A stretch of DNA of 64,000 nt from SAR86 cluster bacterium AG-313-N18. GTDB lineage: Bacteria; Pseudomonadota; Gammaproteobacteria; Magnimaribacterales; D2472. Of this stretch, positions 37,452-47,001 are shown piece after piece. The first letter of the stretch is position 1; the number at the start of each line of letters is the position of its first letter. Made by a program: the position numbers and the translations under genes. The stretch is from NCBI GenBank assembly GCA_003283765.1, contig QBVY01000003.1, positions 12,183-76,182 of the forward strand, read 5' to 3'. The notes under the pieces are model-generated. The model was given only the letters and a program-made list of their open reading frames with translations. It made no database searches and was not told the DNA's origin.

Positions 37452-37927
37452 TTTTTCTTTTTTGTTCTTTTTGGTTTTTCTTTGGATAAAGAAGATATTT
37501 CTTCAGCAAACTCTTTGATGTCTTGGAAGTCACGATATACAGATGCAAATCTAACATAGGCAACCTGATCAACACGCTTTAAATTTCGCATAACAATCTC
37601 ACCGAGTTGACGTGACGGTATTTCTCTTTCGCCGAGCTGGCGAATTTCAGTCAAAATACTACCAAACACTCCATCAACTTCCTCAGCAGATAAAGGTCTT
37701 TTTTCAAGGGCTCTCAGCATTCCGCCTTTCAACTTAACGCCATTAAATGGTTGCCTTTCACCGTCACTTTTAACAATTCTAGGCAAAGCAAGATCAGCGG
37801 TCTCAAAGGTTGTAAACCTAGCATGACAAACTTCGCATTCTCTTCTTCTTCTAATCTGTGAGCCATCACCAACAAGCCTTGAATCAACAACTTTGGTATC
37901 TTGGGCTTGGCAGAAAGGGCAAAACAT
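37448..37927 (-). CDS. nrdR: Transcriptional repressor NrdR
   Basis: 159 aa. Zinc ribbon MFCPFCQ...[12 protein letters not shown] followed by an ATP-cone. Lys-rich tail. Confidence 0.9.
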   Translation of the reverse strand: MFCPFCQAQDTKVVDSRLVGDGSQIRRRRECEVCHARFTTFETADLALPRIVKSDGERQPFNGVKLKGGMLRALEKRPLSAEEVDGVFGSILTEIRQLGEREIPSRQLGEIVMRNLKRVDQVAYVRFASVYRDFQDIKEFAEEISSLSKEKPKRTKKKK

Positions 37928-37929
37928 TT

Positions 37930-39204
37930 TTATTTATATACTGGGAATTTGTTGCACATTTGAACTACCTGATCTTTGATTGAATTAATTGTGTCAGCAT
38001 TACCCAAGTCAAGAACAATATCACAAATCCAATTAGTTAATATTTCTACTTCGTCACTTCTAAACCCTCTTGTAGTAACAGCAGGTGTTCCCAATCGAAT
38101 CCCTGAAGTTACAAATGGTGACTGAGGATCATCTGGAACTGCATTTTTATTTACTGTTATGTTTGCTTGTCCTAAAGCTTGCTCACAATCTTTGCCAGTT
38201 AATCCCTTGCTTCTTAAATCCATAAGAACAATATGGTTGTCAGTTTTGCCAGATACAACATCAATGCCTCGGTCCTGAATAACTTTGCACATGAGTTGTG
38301 CATTATCAATTACCTGTTTCATATATAGTTTGAAATCCGGCTCAAGAGCTTCTTTGAAACATACAGCTTTAGCTGCAATCACGTGCATTAGTGGCCCACC
38401 TTGAGAACCTGGAAATACAGCTGAGTTTAATTTTTTTTCTAGAGCTTCATTTGATTTTGCGAGAATAATTCCTGATCTTGGGCCTCTCAGAGTTTTATGA
38501 GTTGTAGAGGTCACCACATCTGCATAAGGCACGGGTGAGGGGTATAGTCCAGCAGCAACTAACCCTGATACATGAGCCATGTCGACTAGGAAATAAGAAC
38601 CTGTTTCATCCGCAATATCTCTAAAAATTTGCCAATCTATAGTTCCTGAAAAAGCTGAAAAGCCAGCAATGATCATTTTTGGGTTATGTTTTTTTGCTAA
38701 ATCTCTAACATGATCATAATCGATGTCATGCGTTTTAGGATGCAGACCATATTGAAAAGCAGTATAGTTTTTTCCTGAAAAATTTACTTTCGCTCCATGG
38801 GTTAAATGACCCCCTTGATCAAGGCTCATTCCGAGAATCGTATCGTTTGGTTCAAGCATTGCCAAAAATGCAGCTGCATTTGCTGATGATCCTGAGTGAG
38901 GTTGGACATTTGCATAATCTGCTTTGAAGAGCTCTTTTGCTCTATTGATTGCTAGTTCCTCTGCAATATCAACATGTTCACAGCCACCATAGTATCTTTT
39001 GTTTGGATAGCCCTCTGCATATTTATTTGTCAGCAATCCCCCTTGAGCCTCCATCACTCTCTGGCTGGCATAATTTTCGGATGCTATTAGCTCTATGTGT
39101 TCTTCTTGACGGACAGACTCTTGATCTAGGGCCTGCCAAAGTTCAGCATCATATGTTTCTATAGTCTGTGAATTAGCAAATATTGAATCGGCTCGAGATT
39201 CCAT
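37930..39204 (-). CDS. glyA: Serine hydroxymethyltransferase
   Basis: 424 aa. PLP-Lys motif [14 protein letters not shown]. Co-linear with GlyA throughout. Confidence 0.95.
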   Translation of the reverse strand: MESRADSIFANSQTIETYDAELWQALDQESVRQEEHIELIASENYASQRVMEAQGGLLTNKYAEGYPNKRYYGGCEHVDIAEELAINRAKELFKADYANVQPHSGSSANAAAFLAMLEPNDTILGMSLDQGGHLTHGAKVNFSGKNYTAFQYGLHPKTHDIDYDHVRDLAKKHNPKMIIAGFSAFSGTIDWQIFRDIADETGSYFLVDMAHVSGLVAAGLYPSPVPYADVVTSTTHKTLRGPRSGIILAKSNEALEKKLNSAVFPGSQGGPLMHVIAAKAVCFKEALEPDFKLYMKQVIDNAQLMCKVIQDRGIDVVSGKTDNHIVLMDLRSKGLTGKDCEQALGQANITVNKNAVPDDPQSPFVTSGIRLGTPAVTTRGFRSDEVEILTNWICDIVLDLGNADTINSIKDQVVQMCNKFPVYK

Positions 39205-39264
39205 TGATTACTCCAAAATATTAATAATTTTAATAAAAAGCTTGAGAACCTTATTCTAAATTAT

Positions 39265-39918
39265 CTACGGCTTCTTGTGGGAAAAAGGGCGCGATCTTTT
39301 AGGAAAAGTTGCTTTGCAAATTTTACAAGTAACACCATGGCATTGTTGAGCTTGACAGAATTCTCTTCCCCAAAAGATGATCTGCAAGTGCAGCTTATTC
39401 CAATAATCTTTTGGAAAGATTTTTTTCAGATCTTTTTCGGTTTGTTGAATATTTTTTCCTTTGGTCAAACCCCATCTTTGAGCCAGTCTATGGATATGAG
39501 TATCTACAGGAAATGCAGGGTGTCCAAACCCCTGACTAATAACCACGGATGCGGTTTTATGACCCACTCCTGGAAGTTTTTCTAGTGCCTTTATGTCATC
39601 AGGAACTTCTCCGTTATAAGAATCACATAAAATATTGGAGAGCTCATGTATGGCTTTGGATTTTTGAGGCCCTAAACCACATGGCTTAATAATGTTATAT
39701 ATTTTCTCTGGACTTTTAGCTCTCATATCTCTTGGGTTATCTGCCAGTTGAAAAAGTTTTGGTGTTACCTTATTGACTCTTTCATCTGTGCATTGGGCAG
39801 ATAATAAAACTGCAACTAGAAGCGTGAAATTATCTTGATGATCAAGCGGTACAGGAGTTTTAGGGTAATGTGCCTCTAAAATTTTTAGCACAATCGATGC
39901 TCGCTCTGCTTTTCTCAT
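39265..39918 (-). CDS. nth: Endonuclease III (HhH-GPD DNA glycosylase/AP lyase) with atypical Fe-S Cys spacing
   Basis: 217 aa. LLSAQCTDERVN, HhH LPGVGHKTASVV (catalytic Lys) and VDTHIHR (Asp) present. The C-terminal Cys cluster reads C-QAQQ-C-HGVT-C-KI-C. Confidence 0.85.
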   Translation of the reverse strand: MRKAERASIVLKILEAHYPKTPVPLDHQDNFTLLVAVLLSAQCTDERVNKVTPKLFQLADNPRDMRAKSPEKIYNIIKPCGLGPQKSKAIHELSNILCDSYNGEVPDDIKALEKLPGVGHKTASVVISQGFGHPAFPVDTHIHRLAQRWGLTKGKNIQQTEKDLKKIFPKDYWNKLHLQIIFWGREFCQAQQCHGVTCKICKATFPKRSRPFSHKKP

Positions 39919-40081
39919 TGTTTAAACTTTAGTTAGCAATATTAGCCTTATCTTATAATTCAAATTTTTGAATATTCGCCATATCAATAGTCATTGATTT
40001 GACTAATTAATACCTTTAACATCTTTACACAATGTTTTACTTTTACAAGTAATCAACTATCAATTTCATCGCAAAAATTTA

Positions 40082-41203
40082 ATGCAAGACTACAACACAG
40101 AACATCCTTTCGATCTCACTTTATCTGAAGAGCAGCAAATGACCTGGGACATGCTCAGAAAATTTGCTGAAACTGAGCTTCGCCCTCATGCAAGGCAAGC
40201 CGAGAGTGATGGCAGGCCTAGCGATGAATTGCTTGAGAAAATTAAATCTTTGGATCTTATTTCTCTTATTATCCCTGAAGCATATGGTGGCATGGGATTA
40301 GAACAAGATTCTGTTTCAAATGCTTTGGCACTTGAGGCACTCGCCTATGGAGATCTATCACTAGCTATGTCTGTTTCTGTTCCTTTGTTGGCTGCACAAA
40401 TTATTTCAGAGCATGGTAGTGAAGAACAGAAAGCAGAACTTTTACCAAATCTTGTTAATGGTTCAATCTTTCATGTCGGTCTCGGGATTAACAATGCATT
40501 GCTGGCGACTGATCCATATCAATCAAGTGTTATTGCAGATGAGAGTGGTGAAGAGATTATTCTTAATGGATCGAAAACAGGTGTTGCTTTTGCGGATGAA
40601 GCTAAAACTTTTTTAATTTCCGCATCCAATGAATCTGGCGAATGTAATCTATATTTCGTGAATAAAGATCAAGAGGGAGTCGAGCTTGAGCAAAAAGAAT
40701 TTATGGGCTTAAAGGGCGCGCCTTTATCACAGATTAATTTTTCTAATTGCAAAATTAATGCTTCACAAAAACTCGGTGGACACAATTACTCTATTAATTA
40801 TGAAGCGCTTGTAGACTCTTCTCGAATCGGCATGTCCGCTCTAGCGCTAGGAGTTTGCCAAGCAGTTCTAGATTATGTTGTTCCATATACCAATGAACGA
40901 GTCGCTTTTGATGAGCCTATTTCAAACCGACAGTCGGTAGCTTTTATGGTTGCTGATATGGCAATTGAAACTGAGGCCTTGAGATTGATGGTATATAAAT
41001 CCTCTGCCTTAAAGGATCTTGGCGAAGACTTTCATAAACAGGCATCACTTACATATCGGTTTGCTGCCCATCATGGCATGAAAATAGGAACTGATGGAGT
41101 TCAATTGCTTGGAGGCCATGGTTTTACTCATGAGCATCCTGTTGAACTTTGGTACAGAAATTTAAGAGCCATTGGCATATTTGAAGGGGGCGCAGGAGTC
41201 TAA
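40082..41203 (+). CDS. Acyl-CoA dehydrogenase family protein (short C-terminus)
   Basis: 373 aa with an ACAD fold pattern. It ends at ...YRNLRAIGIFEGGAGV, immediately after the position of the usual catalytic-Glu motif, so the last helix is missing. Confidence 0.8.
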   Translation: MQDYNTEHPFDLTLSEEQQMTWDMLRKFAETELRPHARQAESDGRPSDELLEKIKSLDLISLIIPEAYGGMGLEQDSVSNALALEALAYGDLSLAMSVSVPLLAAQIISEHGSEEQKAELLPNLVNGSIFHVGLGINNALLATDPYQSSVIADESGEEIILNGSKTGVAFADEAKTFLISASNESGECNLYFVNKDQEGVELEQKEFMGLKGAPLSQINFSNCKINASQKLGGHNYSINYEALVDSSRIGMSALALGVCQAVLDYVVPYTNERVAFDEPISNRQSVAFMVADMAIETEALRLMVYKSSALKDLGEDFHKQASLTYRFAAHHGMKIGTDGVQLLGGHGFTHEHPVELWYRNLRAIGIFEGGAGV

Positions 41204-41204
41204 A

Positions 41205-42404
41205 ATGATACATCCACTTTTACCAAATCAATTACAAAAAACTCAAGAGACCATGAGAATGGCCGCTGAGTTTATATTACGTCCTATTTCTAGAAAATAT
41301 GATAAAGCAGAGCATGAACCGCCTTTAGAAATGGAGCAGCTGAATCAAGCCGCTGCAGCGCAAAAAAAAGAAACTGGAATGGGTAATGATTCAGTTAAAT
41401 CAATGGATTTGGGCGGAAGAAATCTTTGGGCTGTCATTTCTTTAGAGCAAATGTGTTGGGGTGATGTCGGGCTATTTCTTGCGAGGCCAGGCACTGGATT
41501 AGGCAATGCTGCCATCATGGCGGTTGGCAACACAGACCAAAAGGCTTTATGGGGAAAAAGATGGGCCGCTATGGCAATAACAGAACCTGCAGCTGGTTCA
41601 GATTCAAAAAATATCTCAACAACCGCAGTCTTGGAAGGGGATGAATGGGTTTTAAATGGTGAAAAGATTTATGTCACTGATGGAGATCGATGTGATTGTG
41701 TTGTTGTCTGGGCAACCTTAAACAAAGATATGGGAAAAACAGCAATCAGATCCTTTATTGTAGAGAAAGGCACGCCAGGATTTACCGTTGCAAGGCTTGA
41801 AAAAAAATTAGGCATCAGAGCCTCTGATACTGCCACTTTAATTTTTGATAATTGCAGGATCCCTCGTGAAAATTTGCTTGGTGGCAAGGAAGAGATTGAG
41901 ACGGATATCAATGCAGCTAAAAAATCATTTGGTGGAGCCATGCAGACTTTTGATAATACTCGACCAATGGTTGCTGGAATGGCAATCGGTCTTGGCCAAG
42001 CTGCATTAGATATGACAAGAGCGTTATTGGCTGAAGAGGGTTATGAAGATAATTTTGGTGGATCTATGCACCAACAAACAGCCATTCAAAATGAATTAGA
42101 GATGCTTGAAGCTGAGCTAGAGGCTGCAAGATTGCTTGTTTATAAGTCGGCTTGGATGATGGATAACAAAATGCCAAATTCGAAGGAAGCATCCATGGGC
42201 AAGGCAAAAGCCGGCAGAATTGGGAATAGAATTTCTTTAAAATGTGTTGAAATATGTTCTATGCAGGGCTTTTCAGAGGATCATTTACTCGAAAAGTTCT
42301 CTCGCGATTCCAAAATTCTTGATATTTTCGAGGGTACTCAACAGATCCAGCAACTGATTGTTGCAAGGCAAGTTTTAGGCAAAAGCTCGTCACAGCTAAA
42401 ATAA
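41205..42404 (+). CDS. Acyl-CoA dehydrogenase family protein
   Basis: The ATG at 41205 lies 1 nt after the upstream stop, with AGGAG 7 nt upstream. The TTG at 41172 in the ORF track is less likely. AITEPAAGSD and LDIFEGTQQIQQLIVAR motifs present. Confidence 0.8.
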   Translation: MIHPLLPNQLQKTQETMRMAAEFILRPISRKYDKAEHEPPLEMEQLNQAAAAQKKETGMGNDSVKSMDLGGRNLWAVISLEQMCWGDVGLFLARPGTGLGNAAIMAVGNTDQKALWGKRWAAMAITEPAAGSDSKNISTTAVLEGDEWVLNGEKIYVTDGDRCDCVVVWATLNKDMGKTAIRSFIVEKGTPGFTVARLEKKLGIRASDTATLIFDNCRIPRENLLGGKEEIETDINAAKKSFGGAMQTFDNTRPMVAGMAIGLGQAALDMTRALLAEEGYEDNFGGSMHQQTAIQNELEMLEAELEAARLLVYKSAWMMDNKMPNSKEASMGKAKAGRIGNRISLKCVEICSMQGFSEDHLLEKFSRDSKILDIFEGTQQIQQLIVARQVLGKSSSQLK

Positions 42405-42532
42405 TTAGAATTTATCTTACTTATAAGTAAAAAATATAATAAAAATAGCAACCTTATTACCATTGCAATGCCTTTACCATTAGGTATATCATTGTTTTAC
42501 GAGTTCAAACAATCAACTTAAGGGGGAAGATT

Positions 42533-45412
42533 ATGAACAGATATTTCTATGCTTTTTTATTAGCATTTTCATTTAGTGCAGTACCAACAATAGCTCAAGA
42601 GGACACAGGTCGTGAGATTGAAGAAGTTGTAATTACTGCTTTAAGAAAAGAAACAAATCTACAAGATACTGCGATTACAATTACAGCGATCACAGGCGCT
42701 GATCTTGAGGTTAAACAAATTGAAAACTTTGAAGATCTTCAGTTTGCTGTTCCAACATTAGGCTTTCAAAAAGGAGCTTACTCAGGTGCTGGTATTACTC
42801 TAAGGGGTATCGGTAACTTTGCAGTTGGAAATTCTACCAGTGCAAGTATCGGTTACTTCTGGAATGGTCAAACCGCATCTGCTAGTGGGCTTTATGAGCA
42901 AGAATTTTTTGATGTTGAGCGTGTAGAGGTTTTGCGTGGACCACAGGGATCACTCTTTGGTGCTGGTACAACTGGTGGCTTGATTCAAATGATCACTAAA
43001 AGACCTGATGCTGAAGCAGGTGGCTACCTAAAAGCTGATGTTGCTGATTATGATTCATTGCGAATGGAAGGAGCGATTAACCTCCCTCTAACTGATAAAT
43101 TGAGATCAAGATTTGCATTTGCTTCACTTCAAAGAGAGGGTTTTGTAACTAACTCTCATACAGGCAATAAGCTTGATGATAGGAATACTCAAGGCGCTAG
43201 GATGTCTTTTGAGTATGATTATTCAGATGACACAACCATGACTTTGATCTATGAAACAACTCAAGCAGATGACAACAGACTAAGAGCTGCTAGACAATAC
43301 TGTAAGCAAGATACATTCTTTGGTTGTAGCCCATTTGAAAATGGCAATGATGCTGTATGGTCACCTGGAAGTTATGGTCATTGGGTCCCTTACATTCAGT
43401 TCCAGAACACAGGCTTAGACTATACGATTTACGAGAATAATCCTTCCTCTGATTTAAGAAGTGTTAATCTTGATTTCGAACCTACTCATGAGGCTACGCT
43501 TCAGAACACTGTATTTGAAATAAACAGCGCTCTTTCAGATACCATGAACATGGTCTTTACTTATTCATATCACACAAGAGAGTATGAAGATTTTGCTGAT
43601 TATGATCATTCTGTATCAGTGGTTCCATATGCTATGGGCCCCATTACATCTAATATTTTCTATGATACAACTAAAGGCAACATGGCTGGTGCAGGTCTAG
43701 GCATGAAAACTTATACAAGTGATCAGGCTATGGATAGATCTTTTAATGAATCTGAGTGGGAACAGTATGAACTAAGATTCTCATCTGACTATGATGGTTC
43801 TTTTAACTTCACTTTTGGTCTTTTCTCTTCTGCTAGTGATAGTGAAACCAATTACAACATCGGAACGCCATACATGAATTACTGGAGTGATGTTTCCACT
43901 GGACCAGTTGGTGCAATTTTCCCTGATGCAGCTCCATATGGAGGAACTCCATTCTGGCTGGGTTGGTTCCAGACTTTACCAGTTGCCTCTGCGCAAGCAA
44001 CTCAACTTGTCTTAGCAGGATTATTACCGCCAGCTCAGGCGCAAGGTTACACATTAAATCTGGCCAAAAATGGTGGTATTGCTAATGCCAACGCAAGTAT
44101 TGGACCAATGCATTTAGCTGAATGGCAGCAGTACTTCCATGTTGACAGTAACCTCAATAGAAGCAGCGAAGCTATATATGGTGAAATGTATTTTGATCTA
44201 AGTGATTATACAACTGTGACAGTTGGAGGTCGTTATACAGAGTTTGAAATTAATAGTAAGGCATTTAACTCTTTACTTGACCTACAAAACCAAGGTGCTG
44301 GCTACTACGGAAAAGTAAAACCAGCTCCAATACCTAGAAGTTATGCTGCAGAAGAATCAACTTATAAGCTCGGTATTGATCATCAGCTCAATGAAGATCA
44401 ACTTCTATATGCAACTTATTCAACTGGGTTCAAGCCTGGTGGATTTAACACCACTGATATCGAAGGTTTAGTTAATTTTGATTCAGAAGTTGCGAATGTA
44501 TTTGAGGTAGGTTTAAAAAGCACTCTCATGGAAGGAGCTCTTCAATTAAATGTATCTGCATACACCAATGATTATGAAGGCCTCCAGCTTTCACAAATTG
44601 TTAATCGTGCTTCCATTAACCAAAATGCTGATGTAACAATTGAGGGTATAGAAGCAGAATTTACATTGTTGTTATCTGATACCTTGATCATTGACGGTTT
44701 TGTATCTCATACAAGCACAGAAATTGAGGATTTCCAGTCTGTTGATCCATTGAATATTAATCAGGCTACCAAAAAACTTCCGCTTCCGGCTGGAGCGACA
44801 GGTTTCCTATCAGACTTTAAACCTTTGGCAGCAACTTGTAATCCATTGGTCTTTGTAGGACAGGCAGCGCCTTCTGCTAATTGTTCTTTAGGATTAGCCG
44901 CTTCTAATGCATTACTCGGAGCGCTGGTTTTATATGCGCCTACTGATGCTGGGTACGTATTTAAATCTTTTGGACCTTTGTGTACACAACCATTCTTTGG
45001 TTTAGATTCAACAACACTTCCATGCCCAATCACAGATGGAGTTGAAGCAGATTTATCAGGAAATTCTCTTCCTATGGCTGCAGAACTTAACTACAGACTT
45101 GGTGTTACTAAGTTTGTGGATACATCCGCTGGTTCATGGGCATTTAGAATGGATTATTCCTACAGAGATGATTATTACAGTACTGCATTTAATAGACCTC
45201 GAGGTCATATTGAAGATGTAAGTCTAATTGATTTATCTGTTAAATATACTCCTGTTTCTGAGGCTTGGTTTGTTGGAGCCTACGTAAGGAACATGACTGA
45301 TGAAGATCATATTTATGCATACTACTCAACGGATGTAACTGTGGGTGGTTTCCAAAATGGTGTTGCCATAGATCCAAAAATCTTTGGTATTAACTTTGGA
45401 ATGAATTTTTAA
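42533..45412 (+). CDS. TonB-dependent outer-membrane receptor (large)
   Basis: 959 aa. Signal peptide and plug (IEEVVITALRKETNLQDTAITITAI, RVEVLRGPQGSLFGAGTTGG). C-terminus ends ...INFGMNF. Strong SD AAGGGGGA upstream. Confidence 0.85.
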   Translation: MNRYFYAFLLAFSFSAVPTIAQEDTGREIEEVVITALRKETNLQDTAITITAITGADLEVKQIENFEDLQFAVPTLGFQKGAYSGAGITLRGIGNFAVGNSTSASIGYFWNGQTASASGLYEQEFFDVERVEVLRGPQGSLFGAGTTGGLIQMITKRPDAEAGGYLKADVADYDSLRMEGAINLPLTDKLRSRFAFASLQREGFVTNSHTGNKLDDRNTQGARMSFEYDYSDDTTMTLIYETTQADDNRLRAARQYCKQDTFFGCSPFENGNDAVWSPGSYGHWVPYIQFQNTGLDYTIYENNPSSDLRSVNLDFEPTHEATLQNTVFEINSALSDTMNMVFTYSYHTREYEDFADYDHSVSVVPYAMGPITSNIFYDTTKGNMAGAGLGMKTYTSDQAMDRSFNESEWEQYELRFSSDYDGSFNFTFGLFSSASDSETNYNIGTPYMNYWSDVSTGPVGAIFPDAAPYGGTPFWLGWFQTLPVASAQATQLVLAGLLPPAQAQGYTLNLAKNGGIANANASIGPMHLAEWQQYFHVDSNLNRSSEAIYGEMYFDLSDYTTVTVGGRYTEFEINSKAFNSLLDLQNQGAGYYGKVKPAPIPRSYAAEESTYKLGIDHQLNEDQLLYATYSTGFKPGGFNTTDIEGLVNFDSEVANVFEVGLKSTLMEGALQLNVSAYTNDYEGLQLSQIVNRASINQNADVTIEGIEAEFTLLLSDTLIIDGFVSHTSTEIEDFQSVDPLNINQATKKLPLPAGATGFLSDFKPLAATCNPLVFVGQAAPSANCSLGLAASNALLGALVLYAPTDAGYVFKSFGPLCTQPFFGLDSTTLPCPITDGVEADLSGNSLPMAAELNYRLGVTKFVDTSAGSWAFRMDYSYRDDYYSTAFNRPRGHIEDVSLIDLSVKYTPVSEAWFVGAYVRNMTDEDHIYAYYSTDVTVGGFQNGVAIDPKIFGINFGMNF

Positions 45413-45434
45413 TTCTTCATTTTAGATATAATAA

Positions 45435-45462
45435 AGCCCGGATTATTTCCGGGCTTTTTTTT
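45435..45462 (+). terminator. Rho-independent terminator after the TonB-dependent receptor
   Basis: AGCCCGGA-ttatt-TCCGGGCT is a perfect 8-bp GC-rich stem. It is followed by a run of 8 T. Confidence 0.75.
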
Positions 45463-45463
45463 G

Positions 45464-45781
45464 ATGAAAATTTTTACCAAACGATTTAATAGGATCCTTG
45501 CAAAACTCCAGGAGAGTTTTCTTGAAGAAAATCGTGAAAATAAAAAAATGCTTGATACGTATCTAAAATTTGTTGAAGGTTCTGTTACTGAGCGTGAATT
45601 AGAGTTAGCCAACTCTCAACTACAACAAATTCTTAAAAATCTTGGTTTAGGCATATTATTAATTTTGCCTTTTAGTCCAATTACTTTGCCATATATATTT
45701 TCAAAAGCTAAAGAGCTAAACATAGATTTAATACCAAATTGGTATAAGTCTTTAAGTAATGACGACGATCGTTTAGAATAA
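45464..45781 (+). CDS. Small hypothetical membrane-associated protein
   Basis: 105 aa from the ATG (TTG at 45461 is also possible). A predicted helical N-terminus is followed by a hydrophobic segment, LGLGILLILPFSPITLPYIF. No family is confidently recognised. Its start sits inside the terminator T-tract. Confidence 0.4.
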   Translation: MKIFTKRFNRILAKLQESFLEENRENKKMLDTYLKFVEGSVTERELELANSQLQQILKNLGLGILLILPFSPITLPYIFSKAKELNIDLIPNWYKSLSNDDDRLE

Positions 45782-45807
45782 CTCGTTACTAATTTTGGAG
45801 TATAAAA

Positions 45808-47001
45808 ATGAAAACAGCGGTTATCGTAGATAGTGTAAGAACGGGTCTTGCTAAATCACATCGCGGAGGCTTTAACATGACTCGTCCAGATGATATGTTG
45901 GCTCATATTATTAATGGAATGTTAGACAGAAATCCTAACTTACCCCCTGAAATGGTTGAAGATGTAATCATGGGTTGTGGTAATCCTGAGGGCGCAATGG
46001 GACATAACATTGGTAGAAATGCTGCTGTCCTATCTAATCTTCCACTGACAGTCGGAGGTACAACTGTTAATCGTTATTGCTCTTCTGGATTACAATCAAT
46101 TTCTATGGCTGCAAGTCAAGTTATGGCAGGGTGCTATGACACAGTCATCGCTGGTGGTGTTGAGCAAATTACTATGCTTTCTGGCAAGCAAAATATGGAT
46201 GGTTTTGTAAATGAGAAATTAGCAGAGAGTCATCCTGGTATTTATCATCCAATGGGAATGACTGCTGAATGTGTAGCTAACAGATATAACGTTTCAAGAG
46301 AGACTCAAGATGAGATTGCTTTTGAAAGTCAAAAGAGAACAGCGGCCGCTCAAGAAGCAGGTAAGTTTGCTGATGAGATAATTCCGATGGATACCAAGAT
46401 GATGCTCATGAATAAAGAAACAGGTGAATCTAAAGAAGTAGATTACACAGTTGATAAAGATGAGTGTAATAGACCTGGAACAACTTTAGAGGCCTTGGCA
46501 GCATTGAAGCCAGTCTTTGATCCTGAAAATGGATCAGTTACTGCTGGTAATTCTTCTCAGCTTTCAGATGGCGCCTCAGTAACACTTGTAATGAGTGAAG
46601 AAAAAGCTCTTGAACTAGGTTTAAAACCAATGGCTTATTTTAGAGGATTTACAACCATGGGCTGTGAACCAGATGAAATGGGAATTGGACCAGTATTTTC
46701 TGTTCCTAAGCTTTTAAAATCCCACAATATGAGTGTTGATGATATTGATCTTTGGGAGCTCAATGAGGCTTTTGCAGTGCAAGTTGCATATTGTCGAGAT
46801 CAACTAGGCATTCCAATGGATAAACTCAATGTGAATGGCGGCTCTATCTCAATTGGACATCCTTTCGGTATGACAGGATCAAGACAAGTTGGTCATATTG
46901 TTCGTGAGCTGAATAATCAAGATAAGCAATTTGGTATTGTGACTATGTGCGTTGGTGGCGGAATGGGCGCAACTGGCTTATTTGAAAGATACCCAAGTTA
47001 A
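45808..47001 (+). CDS. Acetyl-CoA C-acyltransferase (3-ketoacyl-CoA thiolase), canonical
   Basis: 397 aa. NRYCSSGLQS (nucleophile Cys), NEAFA, GGSISIGHPFGMTG and MCVGGGMG (acid/base Cys) are all present. SD TGGAG upstream. Confidence 0.9.
   Translation: MKTAVIVDSVRTGLAKSHRGGFNMTRPDDMLAHIINGMLDRNPNLPPEMVEDVIMGCGNPEGAMGHNIGRNAAVLSNLPLTVGGTTVNRYCSSGLQSISMAASQVMAGCYDTVIAGGVEQITMLSGKQNMDGFVNEKLAESHPGIYHPMGMTAECVANRYNVSRETQDEIAFESQKRTAAAQEAGKFADEIIPMDTKMMLMNKETGESKEVDYTVDKDECNRPGTTLEALAALKPVFDPENGSVTAGNSSQLSDGASVTLVMSEEKALELGLKPMAYFRGFTTMGCEPDEMGIGPVFSVPKLLKSHNMSVDDIDLWELNEAFAVQVAYCRDQLGIPMDKLNVNGGSISIGHPFGMTGSRQVGHIVRELNNQDKQFGIVTMCVGGGMGATGLFERYPS

Noticed and set aside
42417-42430. Perfect 14-bp palindrome TTACTTATAAGTAA just after the second ACAD gene, as a possible terminator or operator. 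A direct repeat TTACCATT...TTACCATT lies at about 42455-42495 upstream of the receptor.
   Set aside because: It is A/T-only with 7-bp arms, which are expected many times by chance at this composition. No T-run follows on the transcribed strand. It is not convincing without comparative data.
42405-42532. A riboswitch upstream of the TonB-dependent receptor (cobalamin), of ribBA/ribD (FMN) or of thiL (TPP).
   Set aside because: The leaders are too short: 36 nt before ribBA and none before ribD or thiL. The 128-nt receptor leader lacks a B12-box-like GC-rich core. No conserved riboswitch motif was recognisable.
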